A program made the translations under genes and the position numbers. From Octopus sinensis (lineage: Eukaryota), in contig NC_043007.1 in the NCBI RefSeq assembly GCF_006345805.1, positions 53,878,001-53,942,000 of the forward strand: a DNA stretch of 64,000 bases. The letters run 5' to 3'. Under the pieces are notes generated by a model. The model searched no databases. It had not been told where the DNA came from and worked only from the letters and a program-made list of their open reading frames with translations. Positions 1-13,900 of this stretch are shown in pieces (the stretch's first letter is position 1; every line of letters starts with the position of its first letter).

Positions 1-184
1 TAATCATATACAGACCAAGCCAAAATGAAATTCAAACAAGATAAGGTTCCTAAACTTAGGTTAGCTGTACCTCCGAACAAATGGTAACTCAAACTGTGGT
101 GACCCATCTAACCCATACCAGCATGAGAAGCAGATGTAAACTGTTGATTATGGTGATACTACTGTTGCTGCTGGTTATATATAC

Positions 185-185
<1 letters not shown>

Positions 186-215
<30 letters not shown>

Positions 216-270
216 TGTATGTATGTATGTATGTATGTATGTATGTATGTATGTGTGTGTGTATGTATGC
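186..270. repeat. (ATGT)n microsatellite
   Basis: Perfect tetranucleotide run grading into (GT)n; source of the spurious MYVC ORFs. Confidence 0.95.
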
Positions 271-795
271 GCATTATATATGTATGCATGTGTGTGTGCT
301 TGTGTGTAATACTGATAATCATGATTGTTAACTTCAGAGTACAGAAGATTGCATAATGTGTACAGTAACAAATCACTTCATGCATATCTCAAATATAAAT
401 GTAAATAGAGGGGACTACTCATTGTGCAGTTGTATGTGTAAAATAACATTTCTTTAAGTATCACTGTATGAAGAAAGTTTGCACACTTATTTCAAAAGTA
501 TGGAAAATACAAAGAACAATAACTGCTGGCTGGTTGGCAAAAAGTAATTGAATCAATTCACTTCTCAAATAAAGCTGAGTTAGTCATGTTATGATATGAA
601 ATCAAGTGTGATAATTGCCCTAAGATACTTCAAACAGTATTTAAATCTGCTGTGCAACTTATTGCATCATACAGTTCCTTTTTACATATACATACATTCA
701 AAATTCTTTCTTAGGCTTAAGTACAGAAGTAACTTATGGAGACTTATGCATGCAAACGTTGTTTACTTACAATATATCTTTTCTATTCTTTACAG

Positions 796-881
796 AAAGT
801 TCCATTGTCAGTATCTTTACCAAACACCTACAATAGGCATATATTAGTTACTGGCTATCCAAGCTCACAGTATCCTGAAAG
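796..881 (+). CDS. Galectin, first in-window coding exon (N-terminal part of CRD: KVPLSVSLPNTYNRHILVTGYPSSQYPE-R)
   Basis: Branch-like TACTTAC, pyrimidine tract and tacag acceptor ending 795; donor AG|gtatca at 882. The phase-2 end (AG) joins the A at 15428 to give Arg, then FSINL, as in galectin 'RFSINL'. Not in the ORF track. Confidence 0.8.
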
Positions 882-1255
882 GTATCATTTTCTTCTTTAT
901 ATTCACATTGTATAAAGACTATATGGATGTATATTTATCACAGGTTCCATTCCATTTACTTTGAATGTACTCTATATCTTTATACGGCTGTCCTCCTTCA
1001 TATACATCACAAGTCCATATCAATACAGTTTTTTTCCATGCACAATTCTTATAACCAGCTCATTTGTGCTCTGCTGTCCATGCAAACATCCAGCAAAACA
1101 TTTTTGCTTCATTTCTTTCTAGCCAATGCAGTTCCTTTGCATTCAAGGTTCATGTTTTCCTACAGGCAGCATCACACTTTACATACAGGTATCATATAAT
1201 CAGCCCTTCACTCTAAAGGAGAAACCCTTTGTTGACAGTAGAGGTAATAACTTTC

Positions 1256-1400
1256 TTAACTTTTCCATATTCTTACTCTGGTTGCTTTACTCTCAGAACA
1301 CCCATTCGTACTGCTAATTTGGTCTCCTAGGTAACAGAAGCTATCAGCAATTTCTAGAGAGGAACCTAGGCATTCCATGGAGATTATTTTGCAAGTGCTC
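1256..1400 (-). mobile_element. RTE-clade LINE fragment (RT C-terminal region)
   Basis: LEIADSFCYLGDQISSTNGCSESKATRVRIW resembles LEVVDSFRYLGDKVNSGGGCAESVTARVRIAW in the RTE copy at 40579-41202. Confidence 0.7.
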
Positions 1401-1974
1401 TTAATACTCATTGTCCTTGAGCAACTACTGCAAGCAAAATTTATATTTCTCATTCATCTGTAGTTTGCATGAATACTTCATATAGCATTATTACTTGGTC
1501 CTTTTCTACAAATTCAGCATGGACATTTCTCTCATGGCAATGGGATCCTGTCCTCTTTCCTACTTACTAACACTTCAATTTTTTTCTAAATTCACTTTGC
1601 AACCTCATGATTCCAAGTTTAATTTCTATGCGTGATATTTCTTTTCACATACATACATGCTTGCATGCATTATATATATACATGCTTGCATGCATTACAT
1701 ATATACATGTATGCATACATACATACATACATACATACAGGCATACTTCACTTGAAGTCACAAGTCGCATATTTGGAATGGGAGACTATTTATTGAAAAT
1801 ACAATGATTACTATCTCCAACTTTGAAGCCACAACCATCAGCTTTGTTAAACTAGTTTATCTTTGGATGAATTAACCTTTATTTCAAGACCATAGCAATT
1901 TTTGACTGCAACTTGACTCATGCAGAGAGTTATTTACAAACGACATGTCATTTTCTTTGTCTTGCAAAAATACT

Positions 1975-2215
1975 TGGTGACCCTGTTTGTGTAGGTACCA
2001 TTTAAAAAGCACAGAGTCCACACTTTAAAGTGGTTGGCATTTGGAAGGGCATCTACCTTTAAAATCCACGCTACAACTAACTTCACCTGTGTGAGTGCCA
2101 TGTAAAAAGCACTCAGCCCACTCTACGGATTGGTTGGTATTAGGAAGGGCATCCAACCATAAAAACCATGCCAAAACAGACACAGAAGCATGACACAGGC
2201 TTCTGTCTGGCCAGC
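1975..2215 (+). mobile_element. RTE-family 3' UTR/tail fragments
   Basis: Two copies of gtggttggc/tattaggaagggcatc, shared with RTE 3' ends at about 19030, 37700 and 54955. Confidence 0.6.
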
Positions 2216-4699
2216 TCAGATCTTTGTGGTTTTCAGCATTGTTTACAATTTTGTTCCAATTGTTTTCAAATTTGGTATATGGATTAAGTTTTGCATACTA
2301 ATTATGAAAATGAAATTTATTTTTCCTATACATCCATAACTAGCAGTATAGCCTGGCATTGCCCAGGATTAAGTTAGGATTATTAAGCTAATAAAGCACT
2401 TTGTTTCAAACCAAACTAAGTAACACTGACGACAAATTTGAATGAAATCTGTTGAAATTGGTAAACGTTTGGCTGAAAATAGGTTGCAGACAATTTGATT
2501 GGGAAATCCCATAAAGAATCGGTTTATTGATTTTTCGATTCATCAATTGTTTTTTTGGAGAACTTGGAGCATTCCATTTTTGGAGCATTCAAAGATCGGC
2601 ATCAAGTTTGAACAAAATATATCAAAATTGGTAAAAGTGATGGTTGAAAATGGGGTGTAGCCAATTTTAGTGAGAAATCTGATAAGGAATCAGTTTATCG
2701 ATTCTTCATCCTGATTGAATGGAAAACCCCATAAGGAATCAGTTTATTGATTTTTCACCCCAAATAGAACTTAACCGAACACAACATGGCTGATTCAAAA
2801 CTATATTTTTACTTTAAAGTTGGTTTTCACACCCAACCCAGATCTTCAGAATCAGTGCTGTGATGGGAACGCATGAGTTGGGAGTTTGACCAGCAGAGGT
2901 GATCAGGTTGCACATACTGGTCCTTTCGAAACCACCTAACCTAGCGAAAGCAGTGACTAATCCCGAACTAGACCTAACCAATCCTAGGGGTACTATTGGT
3001 CAAGGCTGCGTCGAAGATATGCATTGGAGAAGGTTGCGTCAGAGATCTGCCTCATAGATCTGCATTGGAGAAGGTTGCATTGAAAGTTTGCACGCTATTA
3101 TATATATATATATATATATACATATTTCGTTTTTGGATTTGGTTTGCAAGACTCTTTATGTGAGTTCGTGTGTTGAAGCATATTCTGTTGTGTCTGGGGA
3201 GAGTCATTTTCTTTTTGTGCCTTATAATTTAACACACTCTTACTCCTTATTTTCCTAAAATTTTCATTGTGTCTTGCAACCTTTTCAATAGTCTTGACTC
3301 TGTTATTTACACTGCATTCCTTTTTGTTTGTTTGTGCGCATGTGTGTGGGTCAGTGTGTGTGTGTGTGTGTGTCTGTGTGTGTGCGCCTATGCATGTATG
3401 TATGTATGTATTTGGGTTTTTTTGCCAATTAGAAGTGAGTATTTTACACATCACCATGGTGTAAAACTCTGTTTCCATAGTAACCAAAGATGCTGTGCAT
3501 GCACACAAGGAGGAGAAGGTTATATGAGAAAGATAATTTTCTACTATAATGATATTCTTTTTTTTTTCTGTCACAACATATGAATGAGAAAGGAAGGGAT
3601 GATGGCAAACCGGCAGTGGGAGTGTTTCAACTCTGTATGAGTACATGTGTGTGTATGTAAAAGGGAGGTGTATGAATGTTTGTGTGTGTGCAGTGGAAGT
3701 GGGATGGTGAATTTTTTAACTAATAAATGTCTGTTTTAAGCAATGCTTTGATTGTTATTTCTAGCAACTCCTGTTGATTTGTTTGTTCATAGCTTTTAAA
3801 TATTTAATTTGCTCGCAAATGTTTTAATGTTAACTTCATTTGTTTATATTCTAATGTTTTGACTGTTATTTCTAGCAATGATGGAAGCGGCAGCGAATGT
3901 GCTGTTTTCTGATTGACTGATAATTCTGAAAATTATCAAACTTTGAACACCTGTAACATTTTTTCAAAGTTTTTCTAGCATAAATGAATAACAAATTCGG
4001 ACTTAGCATAAAAAATTACATCTTTATAACACAATAACAAACTTTTTTAAAGATAATTGTAAACAGTGATGAAAACTACAAAGATCCGCCAGCTCCTGTC
4101 GAACTATCCAACCCATGCCAACATGGCAGGAGGACATTAAATGATGATGATGGTCATGGCTGGACATAACAACATCAACAACACAACTGAGGAACTAAAC
4201 AAAAACAATAGCACCGCAGGTAGACAAATTCTTTCTAGCTGTAGTTAAAGAAGAAACTGTATCTACAAAATACATTTTTCTTAACTGTTATAAAAGAGTA
4301 AAATGAACAGATAATGAACAGAAGAAAAGCATACTGGGATGATCTACACTCACAACTAAATTATTTTACTGTGAATCAATTACGCCAACAAGCAACATTG
4401 GTAGAACATAGGATGAAAGACAGTAAATGTAACTTTATTATAAAAACTCTAAAATTAACCTTCTCCTAAACAGTATAAACAAAAGTGTAAACAATGTTAG
4501 AACACCACATGGTTTCATAGTTAGTGATATTCCAACAGATACTATACTGCTTGCCAGCCAAACTACATTACAGGCTGAAGCAGCTGACCACTGTCCTTTC
4601 ACTACAGCTCTGATAAATAGCAGACACAAACCCAACAATCATTGCAGTAGTAGTCAGAGTTATATATTGGTAAAATATGTCCTTAATAAAATTTTTCAA

Positions 4700-7440
4700 G
4701 GAAAAATAATTTTGGCTCTGAAGTATTTTCTCTTTGAGAGAGAATCCTCTGCCAAAGTAAGCAAAAGGCCAACACAGTATTAAAAGTTGTTAATGAAATT
4801 GGAGAAGAGTATTTACAGCAGTGTAATGAACCCTCATTCTGGCAGATTAATGCCTGTCTGTAAGCCCTGTCTACTACTGCAACAGTGTGTGAATGACATC
4901 CAAAGAGTAAACAACACCAAAACAATGAAGAAAATGCCATCATGGGTTTTGAAGACTGAGAAAAAGACAGCTGATTTATGGCAGACCATCAGTCATGCGA
5001 CAATACTTATTGCTTGCAAGTAAGCAAATTACTATATGTCTTACCAAGAAAAAGTAAAGAAGTAGACAGAAGTGAGGTTTAGTGATAGAAAAAGAGAACA
5101 CTCAATTGCAAATTGAACATCCTCAAGCAGGAGCTAAAAGCTGCCAGTGAGAAACTCTAGTACCAGAAGAGAATAACCAAAAGTAAAACAATAAATAAAA
5201 AATTTAACTGGAACCAGGCAGCAGTGTACAGAGGCATGTGAGGAGAAACAATAAATATCATAGAAGCTTCTTCATGAGAAGACATAGACTCCTTCTGGAG
5301 GAAAATCTGGAGCAAAGAGATGTAGTTTAACCAAGATGCTCTGTGGCTTGAAGAAATTCGAAATAATTGTTGTCTCTGCTTTACACCCAAGATATACAAC
5401 ATTGATGGTGATACCCTTGTGACTGTAATCCCGAAATCTCAGGATGGAAAAGCACGTGGAAGAGACTTGATTGTTGGATACTGGTACAAGAAGCTAACCT
5501 TCTACCAACCATATTTTATTAACCTATACCAGCAAGCTCTTAATGGGAATAGTAGCATACTACACTGGTTAGCTTTGACTGAGATAAAACTGATCTCCAA
5601 AAGCAGAACCACCTACATAGCAAAAAGCTACCAGCCAATTACATGTCAGAACTTAATGTATAAAATATATACAGCATGTTTGAATTTCTTCTTCCAAGAA
5701 CATTGTGAAAGTAATAACATCATTACAGTAAAACAAGCAGCTAGAAAGAGAGTCTGGGGCATGCCAGTCAATTGTTCATAATCAAAAATGTCAGAGATGC
5801 AGGTGCATAAGAAGAACCTAGATTCAATGTGACTGGATTACAAGCAAGCTTTTGACTCTGTTCCCCACTAAGGAATGATGGAAGTCCTTTGACTTGCTAA
5901 AGTTCTAGAGAGTATAGTCAAAGCCATACCTAACCTGACTTCATCATGGGCAATCATCTTGAAGTTAATACAAGGAGTGATTGTATTATCACTAATAAAA
6001 TACAGCATCACAGAGGTATATTCCAAGAGGACAGCCTCTCTATGATGCTGTTCATACTTTCTGTAAACCTCTTGTCATTCATATTAAGGAAGTCTGAAGG
6101 ATATCTCACTGGTTCACAAGGAAACAGAAATACCAAAATTACTGCTTCTTTGTGGATGACTTGAAACTGTATGCCAAGAGGAACTGCATGTTAAGAGAAA
6201 CTATGCCATGAGATGAAAAAGAGCTTTGATCTGGTTACAACATTCTCAAAGGATATAGGATTGCAGTTTGGTCAGGATAAATGACGCTATATAGCTGTAA
6301 AAACAGGGAAAAGTATAAACTATAGTAGCAGCATCTCTATCAATGACTTAGCTGCTTCCCCCATATCTGATGAGGAATGTTATAGGTACCTAGGAGTAGA
6401 TGATAATATATCTTATGATGATACCTGTAACAAGACATGTATCACTAAAGAATATTACAGCTGGATAAGAAAATATGAACCTTGGAATTCTCTGCATTTA
6501 ATAAAACAGTGGCCCACAATGTTTTTGCAGTACCAGTACAAGCACCAACATTTGGGCTACTTGATTGTATGCTTGAGAAGATCCAAGCCATTGATGTGAA
6601 AACCCAAAAGATACTGCTCAGCACAAATAATTTTCACATCAATAAAGGGGCTTAACATTGATCCAGACTGCCTTTCAATGTCATATCATATCCCTTCGGT
6701 AACATCTTTTAACCACCAAGTATCAAAGTGCATCCCTTGACTAAGTTTGCATACATGAGGCAGATAACATCATGAGACTTGTAAAAGCAATATTCTGAAT
6801 ACCTGCCTGAAGAAGTCACACAACTCTACCACAGCATATCATCAGATGAAAGGATAAGTGTATATCAGCAGACAACAATGCATGAATATGTTAGCTGAAA
6901 GCTTCAGGATGATAGTAACATTGACAATCAAAGCAGTCTATCATGAACCAACAACTGGATTACTAAATCCTATTTTGAAGGGTTTGCATTTGAAATCCAG
7001 GAACAAGAAATACAAACCAAATACCTGATGCACAAAAGGGAGAGAGACACTGGTAGAACACCAAAATGTGAAAACCAATGCAGATTTTATAGAGTTAATA
7101 CCAAAGATATCACCCATATCATAAGCAGTTGTCCACTGATGAGACATGATGTAGTCAAGACACTATACAATGAAATCTGTCAGAATGATAACCCTCAAGC
7201 CAAAGAAATAAGAACCCACAGTATGGTAGAAGCCATAGCCACTCATAATAAAAAGGAGTACTGGTGGACTGTCCCAGTGAAAACCTCAATAAAATGTAAG
7301 CATAATAAGCTTGAAATAGTGTACAGTAGTGGGAATTAGTTGCCCAGCAGATATTAACATAAGCCTAAAGATTAGTATAAAAGAAAATACCTACCTGAAC
7401 TATTGAGAAATCTATGGCTACTCTACCCAGATTACAAGTT
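4700..7440 (+). mobile_element. Decayed R4/Dong-clade (RLE-type) non-LTR retrotransposon
   Basis: Broken frames with RT motifs (YQPITCQNLMYKI, GIFQEDSLS, W-MDDLKLY), a CCHC-like knuckle (CRFYRVNTKDITHIISSC), RHDVV and EYWW..PVKT..KCKHNK typical of a C-terminal restriction-like endonuclease; many stops. Confidence 0.75.
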
Positions 7441-7443
7441 CAG

Positions 7444-7444
<1 letters not shown>

Positions 7445-7516
<72 letters not shown>
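7445..7516. repeat. (GT)n microsatellite
   Basis: About 36 perfect GT units. Confidence 0.97.
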
Positions 7517-7517
<1 letters not shown>

Positions 7518-7529
7518 ACATGCATGTGT

Positions 7530-8520
7530 GTACAAAATGGTATAAAAAAGTTCCCAGAATAGTTCTGTTGCATGCTAGCAGATGGTAGCACACAGTTGTG
7601 TGCACAATGAGAGCTAGCAGTGACCTTCATGAGGCAGTGTGCTAAGTGACATCGTTGTATTTACTTTGCAAGTTGTGAAATTTGTATTTTTGTGATCACT
7701 TGTATGCTGTGGTCTGTGATTTTGTCATGGACAGGGAGTTGGAACAAAGAGCCAATGTGAAATTTTGAGTTAGAGTTGGGAAGTCTGCTACAGAGACATT
7801 GAGCATGCTTCAGCAAGCTTATGGTGACAAGGCAATGTTTTGAGTGGCATGGGTGCTTCAAAAGTGGAAGAAAGTCCTTGGAAGACCTGCCACAAAATGT
7901 GGAGAAATTCATCAGCTTGTGCATGAGGATCATTGGAAGACAATCAATGACATTGCTGACGTTGTTGGTCTGTCGTATGGGTCTGTGTAGGCAATCCTAA
8001 TGTCTGAATTGAACATGCAGTCTGTCTCTGCCAGATTTGTCCCCACCTGCAGCCCATTGAGCAGAAAGAAAATCGTGTCAGAGTCTGTCAAGATCTCTGT
8101 CAGTATGACACTGTGACCCATCCTTCATGTTTAGGATCTTCACTGGTGATGGGAGCTAGGTCTATGGATAAGACCTTCAGATAAAACAGCAGTCATCATA
8201 ATGGAAGAGCCCTTCCATGACCAAAGAAGGCACGACCAAGCTGCAGCTCAACCTAGAGCATGTTCATCATGTTTTTTGACATCTACAGTATTGTGCACCA
8301 AGAATTCGTCCCCTATGGTCAGATCATCAATTGTGAGTTCTACTGCGACATTTTGAAACATTTGAGAACACTTGGCAAAAGTGACTCCCTAGTGAGTTTC
8401 TTTCTAAAAACAACATTGTATCACTTCTGCACCCACCCTATTCACCAAATTCGGCACCTGTGAACCTCCATCTCTTCCCCATGATGAAAATGCAGCTCAA
8501 AGGTCCCCGTTTTTAACACC
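7530..8520 (+). mobile_element. Decayed mariner (Mos1-like) transposon
   Basis: EQRANVKF..LGKSATETLSMLQQAYGD (HTH), MFIMFFDIYSIVHQEFVPYGQIINCEFYCDIL, HPPYSP; frameshifted. Confidence 0.8.
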
Positions 8521-9039
8521 AGTGTCAAGATCAAGAGCCAATAATTTATCTATTTCAGATCCATTTTATATAATCCAACTCACCTACTTAATATACCAAA
8601 TTTCTGCACCTTTCTTATTCTATATCTTTTTATATGTGTGTACATACACACATACACACACACACATATGTACCTGTGCAAGTATATATATGCGAATGTA
8701 TACATGTGTATGCATATGTGCTTGTATATGTATATGTATATATATGTATGTGTGTATGTATATATATATATATCTGTGTGTGTATGCATATATGTGTGTA
8801 CATGTGTCTATGTATGTATATTTGTGTCTATGTATGTATCTATACATATATATAGTCTTATCATTACTTTCATCACTTTATTAATTCTTTATCACACTAT
8901 ATTCCTGCAGGCACTGTATGGCAATGCATACATGTATGTGTGCTGGCACTGTATGGCAATGCATACATTTATGTGTGTGTATGTGTGCCCATATATATAT
9001 CAATGTATGCATACATGGTGCTATTCTACTCCTATGGTG

Positions 9040-9886
9040 CGACTTGGGTGATCCCGCCTCTTTATGGCTTACCTACTAAGATTACATGTCTGAAGATTTC
9101 CTGCATCAGGCTCAGTTGCTAAATCCATCAATGGAGGTTGGGTACAGTGACTTCATTTACAACAGGGCGCTGCTTGAAATCGAAGATACTGTTCTTAATA
9201 TGGGTGATACTGTTCTTAATATGCGTTGGCAGTGTATGGCCTACCTTCAACAAACTGGAAAGGCGCAAACACACTGTCTTCGGATTTGCTGCATGACACA
9301 TGTTATAATGTTGACGAACTTGCCCAATACATAGCGGAGAGTGTGCCAAAGCTCCTTCCACAACAGAAGTTCGCTTACAATTCTGTTATTAATTCTGTCC
9401 GGGACAAAGATGGGGGGATTTTTTCCTCAACACTCTGACATATGGTGAGTAGATGCTATTGTTGTATATTTTCAAACTTACTCATATTTACTTATCCATG
9501 ATTAATCCCCCTCTTTCCTCCATAGGGCATCTGTTCTATTTTCACAGAGCATGAAGTTTTGTAACAGCATGTCCACTGCCGTTGGTGGAAAATGAAGACA
9601 CCATATTCACCTGCGAACGTTTTACACACCCTTCCAGGACTACCTACCAAATTATTACAATTGTGAGAATGATAACACAGCCTTTTCAGGGCCACCTCAC
9701 ATTCTATTGTTACCCTCCCTTCTGAGAATGTTGCAAAGCTCTTTGCAGGGCTTTCTATCCAGTTGGAAATCGATTGGTTAGCTGTAAACTTATATCAATC
9801 TTTGCCTCAATAATCATAATTGAGTAGAATCATAAAGAGTACTTTAAAGCAATTAAGTCCCAAGCAACGCTGGGCAAATCTGCTAG
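9040..9886 (+). mobile_element. Helitron remnant (PIF1-like helicase fragment plus 3' end)
   Basis: LLPQQKFAYNSVINSVRDKDGGIF resembles sequence just before the Helitron helicase motif I; 3' hairpin cccaagcaacgctggg (9859-9874), then CTAG|T at 9883-9887. Confidence 0.7.
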
Positions 9887-10019
9887 TTTATCTATAGATC
9901 CACACAGTATCGTTTGAATGTAGGATTAAAGCCCCTCAGACAAAAGCCCAATAGTTAAAGTATGAAAGTGGACAAAAGCCCCATAGTTATATTTTTCAGT
10001 TATTTTTCTTTTTGTTTTT

Positions 10020-10980
10020 TTCACCTTTTACTTGTTTCAGTCATTAGACTGTGGCCATGCTGGGGCACCGCCTTAAAGAACTTTTAGTTGAATGTATCAA
10101 CCCCAGAATTTTTAGTAAAATGTATTGATACCAGAATTTAAAAAAATTTTTACTTGTTGCAGTCATTAGCGGCACCACCTTGAAGAATTTTTTAGATGGC
10201 TGTATGGAACCCAGAATTTGTTTTAAGCCTAACCAAAACCACTTCTGTGATATATTTCATTTCTTTTCTTTGTACTGGGGTGCCACCTTGAGGAATTTTT
10301 AGTCGAATGTATCAACCCCAGAATTTTTGAAATGATTTTCAACCATCACATGAAGTTAAGCCTAGAAGGTCTCTCTACATGTAAGAGATAACTGCCAAAT
10401 CTCTTAAATTTTTTTTATAAACCCCCTCAGTTATATTTTTTGGCTATTCTTTGTTTTTTTTTTCATCTTCTAAAAATCTTTTTACTTGTTTCAGTCATCG
10501 GACTGCACTCATGCTGGGGCACTGCCTTGAGGAATTTTTAGTTGAATGTATCAACACCAAATTTTTTTTTCTTTTTATTTGCTGCAGTTATTAAGCTGCA
10601 ACCATGCTTGGGCACCACCTTGGAGAATTTTTAGATGGCTGTACGGAACCCAGAATTTTTTTGAGCTTGATCAAACCACCTCTATGATATATTTCATTTT
10701 CTTTTCTTTGTACTTGTTAAATCATTAGATTGCAGCTATGTTGGATAACCACCTTGAAGAATTTTTAGATGGCTGTATGGAACCCAGAATTCTTTTTTTA
10801 AAGCCTGATCAAAACCACTTCTGTGATATATTTTGTTTCTTTTCTTTGTGCTTGTTAAAGCATTAGATTGTGACCATGCTGGGGTACTGCCTTGAAGAAT
10901 TTTTATAGTTGAATGTATCGACCCCAGAATTTTTTAGGTGATTTTCAACCAGCACATGAAGTTAAGCCTAGAAGATCTCT
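10020..10980 (-). repeat. Degenerate tandem array built from SINE 3'-tail units
   Basis: About 7 copies of ttttacttgtttcagtcat..ccatgctggggcacc..gaagaattttag..cccagaattt at 120-260 bp spacing, directly adjoining a full SINE. Confidence 0.75.
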
Positions 10981-11370
10981 TTTACTCTTTTACTTGTTTC
11001 AGTCATTTGACTGCAGCCATGCTGGAGTACCACCTTTAGTCGAGCAAATCGACCCCAGGACTAATTCTTTGGAAGCCTAGTACTTATTCTATCGGTCTCT
11101 TTTGCCGAACCGCTATGTTACGGGAACATGAACACACCAGCATCGGTTGTCAAACGATGTTGGGAGGACAAACACAGACACACGAACACACGTATATACA
11201 TACATACGACAGGCTTCTTTCAGTTTCCGTCTACCAAATCCACTCACAAGGCTTTGGTCGGCCCGAGGCTATAGTAGAAGACACTTGCCCAAAGTGCCAT
11301 GCAGTGGGACTGAACCCGAACCATGTGGTTGGTAAGCAAGCTACTTACCACACAGCCACTCCTGCACCTA
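10978..11370 (-). mobile_element. tRNA-derived SINE, full length
   Basis: Head with A-box TGGCTGTGTGG and B-box GGTTCAGTCCC; conserved body gtgtcttctactatagcctcgggccgacc; internal microsatellite; tail cagtcaaatgactgaaacaagtaaaagag. Confidence 0.9.
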
Positions 11371-12395
11371 TAAAATACAAATCTCTTCACATGCAAGAAA
11401 TAACAACAAATTCACTTGAATTTTTTGTTTTTAATTTCAGGTAAACAAAAACAGAAATCACAGTTGTAAAAAACTTTTATGTTCCAAAATTCCAAATTTT
11501 AAATAATCAAAAATATATTCAATTGAAAATAAGTTGAATAAAATAAACATAACACGAGACTCATTACTACTCAATACATATATTTTCTGGATTCCAAGAA
11601 AAGGGAAAACCTTTACTTCAAGAAATGTGTTTTACAAGTCAAAACCATTCATTAGCAGCATCCTCATTATCACTACAACTACCACCATCATCACCAACAT
11701 CGTCACTACCATCACCACCACTGTCATCATCACATCGCCACCGACAAAATGGTGACCAGCTATAAAACCACCATTACCACCAACAACAACAACTCAACCT
11801 CAGTCATCATCAAGCTAAATAAAATCACAGCCATCCATATATACAGGAAAGTCCTTTACATTCATCTCTCAACTGAGGGGTCTTATTCTTGCGGGCTTGT
11901 GGGTGCTGGTTCTACTTAAAAGTGCCTATGATGGTACCATATTAAAAGTACTCTGTAAAGTGTACTGGATGTTTTTAAAGATTGAATTTTATATATATAT
12001 ATAAATGCCGATTGTTTGTTGGAATCCGAATCTTCGTTGCTGAAGATGTCGGAATGTGTAAAAATATAAAAAAGAAAAGACAAGAAAAACCAGAAAGGTT
12101 TGGGGTGCTTATTGTATATTTCTTCCAAATATATAACTGAGAGGGTTTTATCCTATTTCGCATCACTTATATTTTTCTGTTTTTCAACTTTAATACTATT
12201 AAAATTAGAAATATATAATATGAAAAATGTTATACATTGTTTCGTCTACTTGAGTAACCATAATTCCCCATGTATAGATAAAAACATGTTTTCAAGACAA
12301 AAAAAATGGAAGGCATATAGTGCAACCAACCGCTAAGGTATCTTTGAAAACTTAAAGCAAAATTATGTGTTGAGGTTCATTTAAAGTTCATTTTA

Positions 12396-12945
12396 TTACA
12401 ACCTGATGTTGTGCCCTATGCCATTCAGAAATTCTTCCATGGTTTTCCTCTCATTCATGTAGTCCAGACACAAGTTCTTCAAACGTTGTTGATATTCCTT
12501 TATGACACATTTCACTCGTTTCCTTGAAGGCTGGCCACGAGAATCTTTAATCAGCTTCATCTTTTCTAATACCTTTAGTGGCCTTCTAGATGGTTGGGTG
12601 GTCATACCCCACAAGTTCATGGAAATAGAAATTCCAGCAGTTGCATTGGTTGTTGATGCAACCACCATTATCAATGGTTGCCTGGTGGACATTCCATAAC
12701 TGCAGTGGAAACAAGGGAGGAATCTTACTCATGAGTACTGGAGAAATTATTCCATCAAGAAGAGCTGCTGGTGGCTGGGTGCAACGATAAGTGCTGAATA
12801 CATATGTGCTACTGAAATAGTCCACAAGATCTTTCAGTCCTTCAACATCAGGTACAATATTCATTAGATAAGCCATTCCACTGGCCTCATTGTCTACAAG
12901 TAGAAAAGCCAGTTCATCCAACATTCTATAAAAATACATATACAT
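12396..12945 (-). mobile_element. Mutator-like (MULE) transposase C-terminal remnant
   Basis: YFSSTYV, PLFPLQLWNVH, INNQCNCWN..FHELVGYDHPTI and EEFLNGIGHNIRL match the MULE C-terminal pattern F.P.LWN..RTNN..E.WN..F..LVG..HP; one frameshift. Confidence 0.7.
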
Positions 12946-13085
12946 GTATACAACGGGCTTCTTTTCAGTTTCTGTCTACCAAATCCACTCACAAGGATTT
13001 GGTCGGCCCGAGGCTATAATAGAAGACACTTGCCCAAGGTGCCACGTGGTTGGTAAGCAAGTTATTTTCCACACAGCCACTCCTG
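12945..13085 (-). mobile_element. tRNA-derived SINE, 5' part
   Basis: Same head and body as 10978-11370, with an internal deletion. Confidence 0.8.
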
Positions 13086-13539
13086 TTGATTTAGGTCTGT
13101 TATTATAAATTAGGGAAGCTCGATATTCTGGTGCTCCAGCGGTTTTCCATTCACCACTGATTTGCTCCAATTCTCACAGGGATTTTGGGTCTTTTGGCAG
13201 ATCTCATAATGTACAAATAGGCTGAGAAGGTAACGTATAGAAGACATGGGGGGGTTAAAAAATCGAAAAGGAAAAACAGAAAATGTAACCAAAAACTAAA
13301 ACGTAAAAAGTGAAAAAGGTAAAAGAGTTTTCCTCCTTAGACCTTAAATTATAAGGCTGGAAAGATATCAACAAGTTACTCAGGAATAGGCAGAATTTTC
13401 CAATTCTTCAAAGTATATTTATACATATTCTTACAACCACTGAAAATTTCAGATCTAGAGTTCAGTAGAGTGTTATGGATCTTAGATCTGAACACGACCT
13501 GTACTCTTGTCAGTTAAAGCCTACATTTATTCAGTCCAT

Positions 13540-13900
13540 TAACATAAGGTATGGATTTCTCAATTATTTTCCACTTGTGGTGTTTCATTATTTTTCAAAC
13601 ATGTGGTGTTTCATTATCTTTCAAACTCCATATGTAGCTAGCCAGCTTAGTAGCTTTGCTTTTGTCCTTATGCTGGAAGGAGGCTATGTGATTGGCATAG
13701 TGATTTTTAAATTCTCCTTCCCATAATCGGATATAGGTCTTCTTACCTGTTGTATTGTTATTTAGGGTTGCTGTAATTTCTCCCTCGTATATGATAGATT
13801 TAATCATACATTGTCAGACAGGATCCTGGGTTGCAACAGTTACAACTGGATTTAGGCTCTTGGTATTGACCATGTGTAATAATACTCTTCGTATTGGAGC
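13540..13900 (-). mobile_element. Penelope-like element, GIY-YIG endonuclease remnant
   Basis: SIIYEGEIT..KKTYIRLWEGEFKNHYANHIASFQHKDKSKATKLASYIWSLKD, homologous to ORF 57556-58041. Confidence 0.8.

Noticed and set aside
81-385. MYVC/HTYI/IYIY-type ORFs here and near 8600, 15100, 28600, 35900-37100 and 56900
   Set aside because: They are translations of microsatellites, with no coding signal.
2450-2760. Degenerate local triplication (aaattggtaaa..ataaggaatcagtttat)
   Set aside because: The duplication is real but too decayed to assign a function or family.
2790-2855. Minus-strand CTGAAGA..GAAA hammerhead candidate
   Set aside because: No stem II, and the register puts G at the cleavage site.
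12035-12105. CTGAAGA..GAAA hammerhead candidate
   Set aside because: The cleavage position would be G and stem I does not form.
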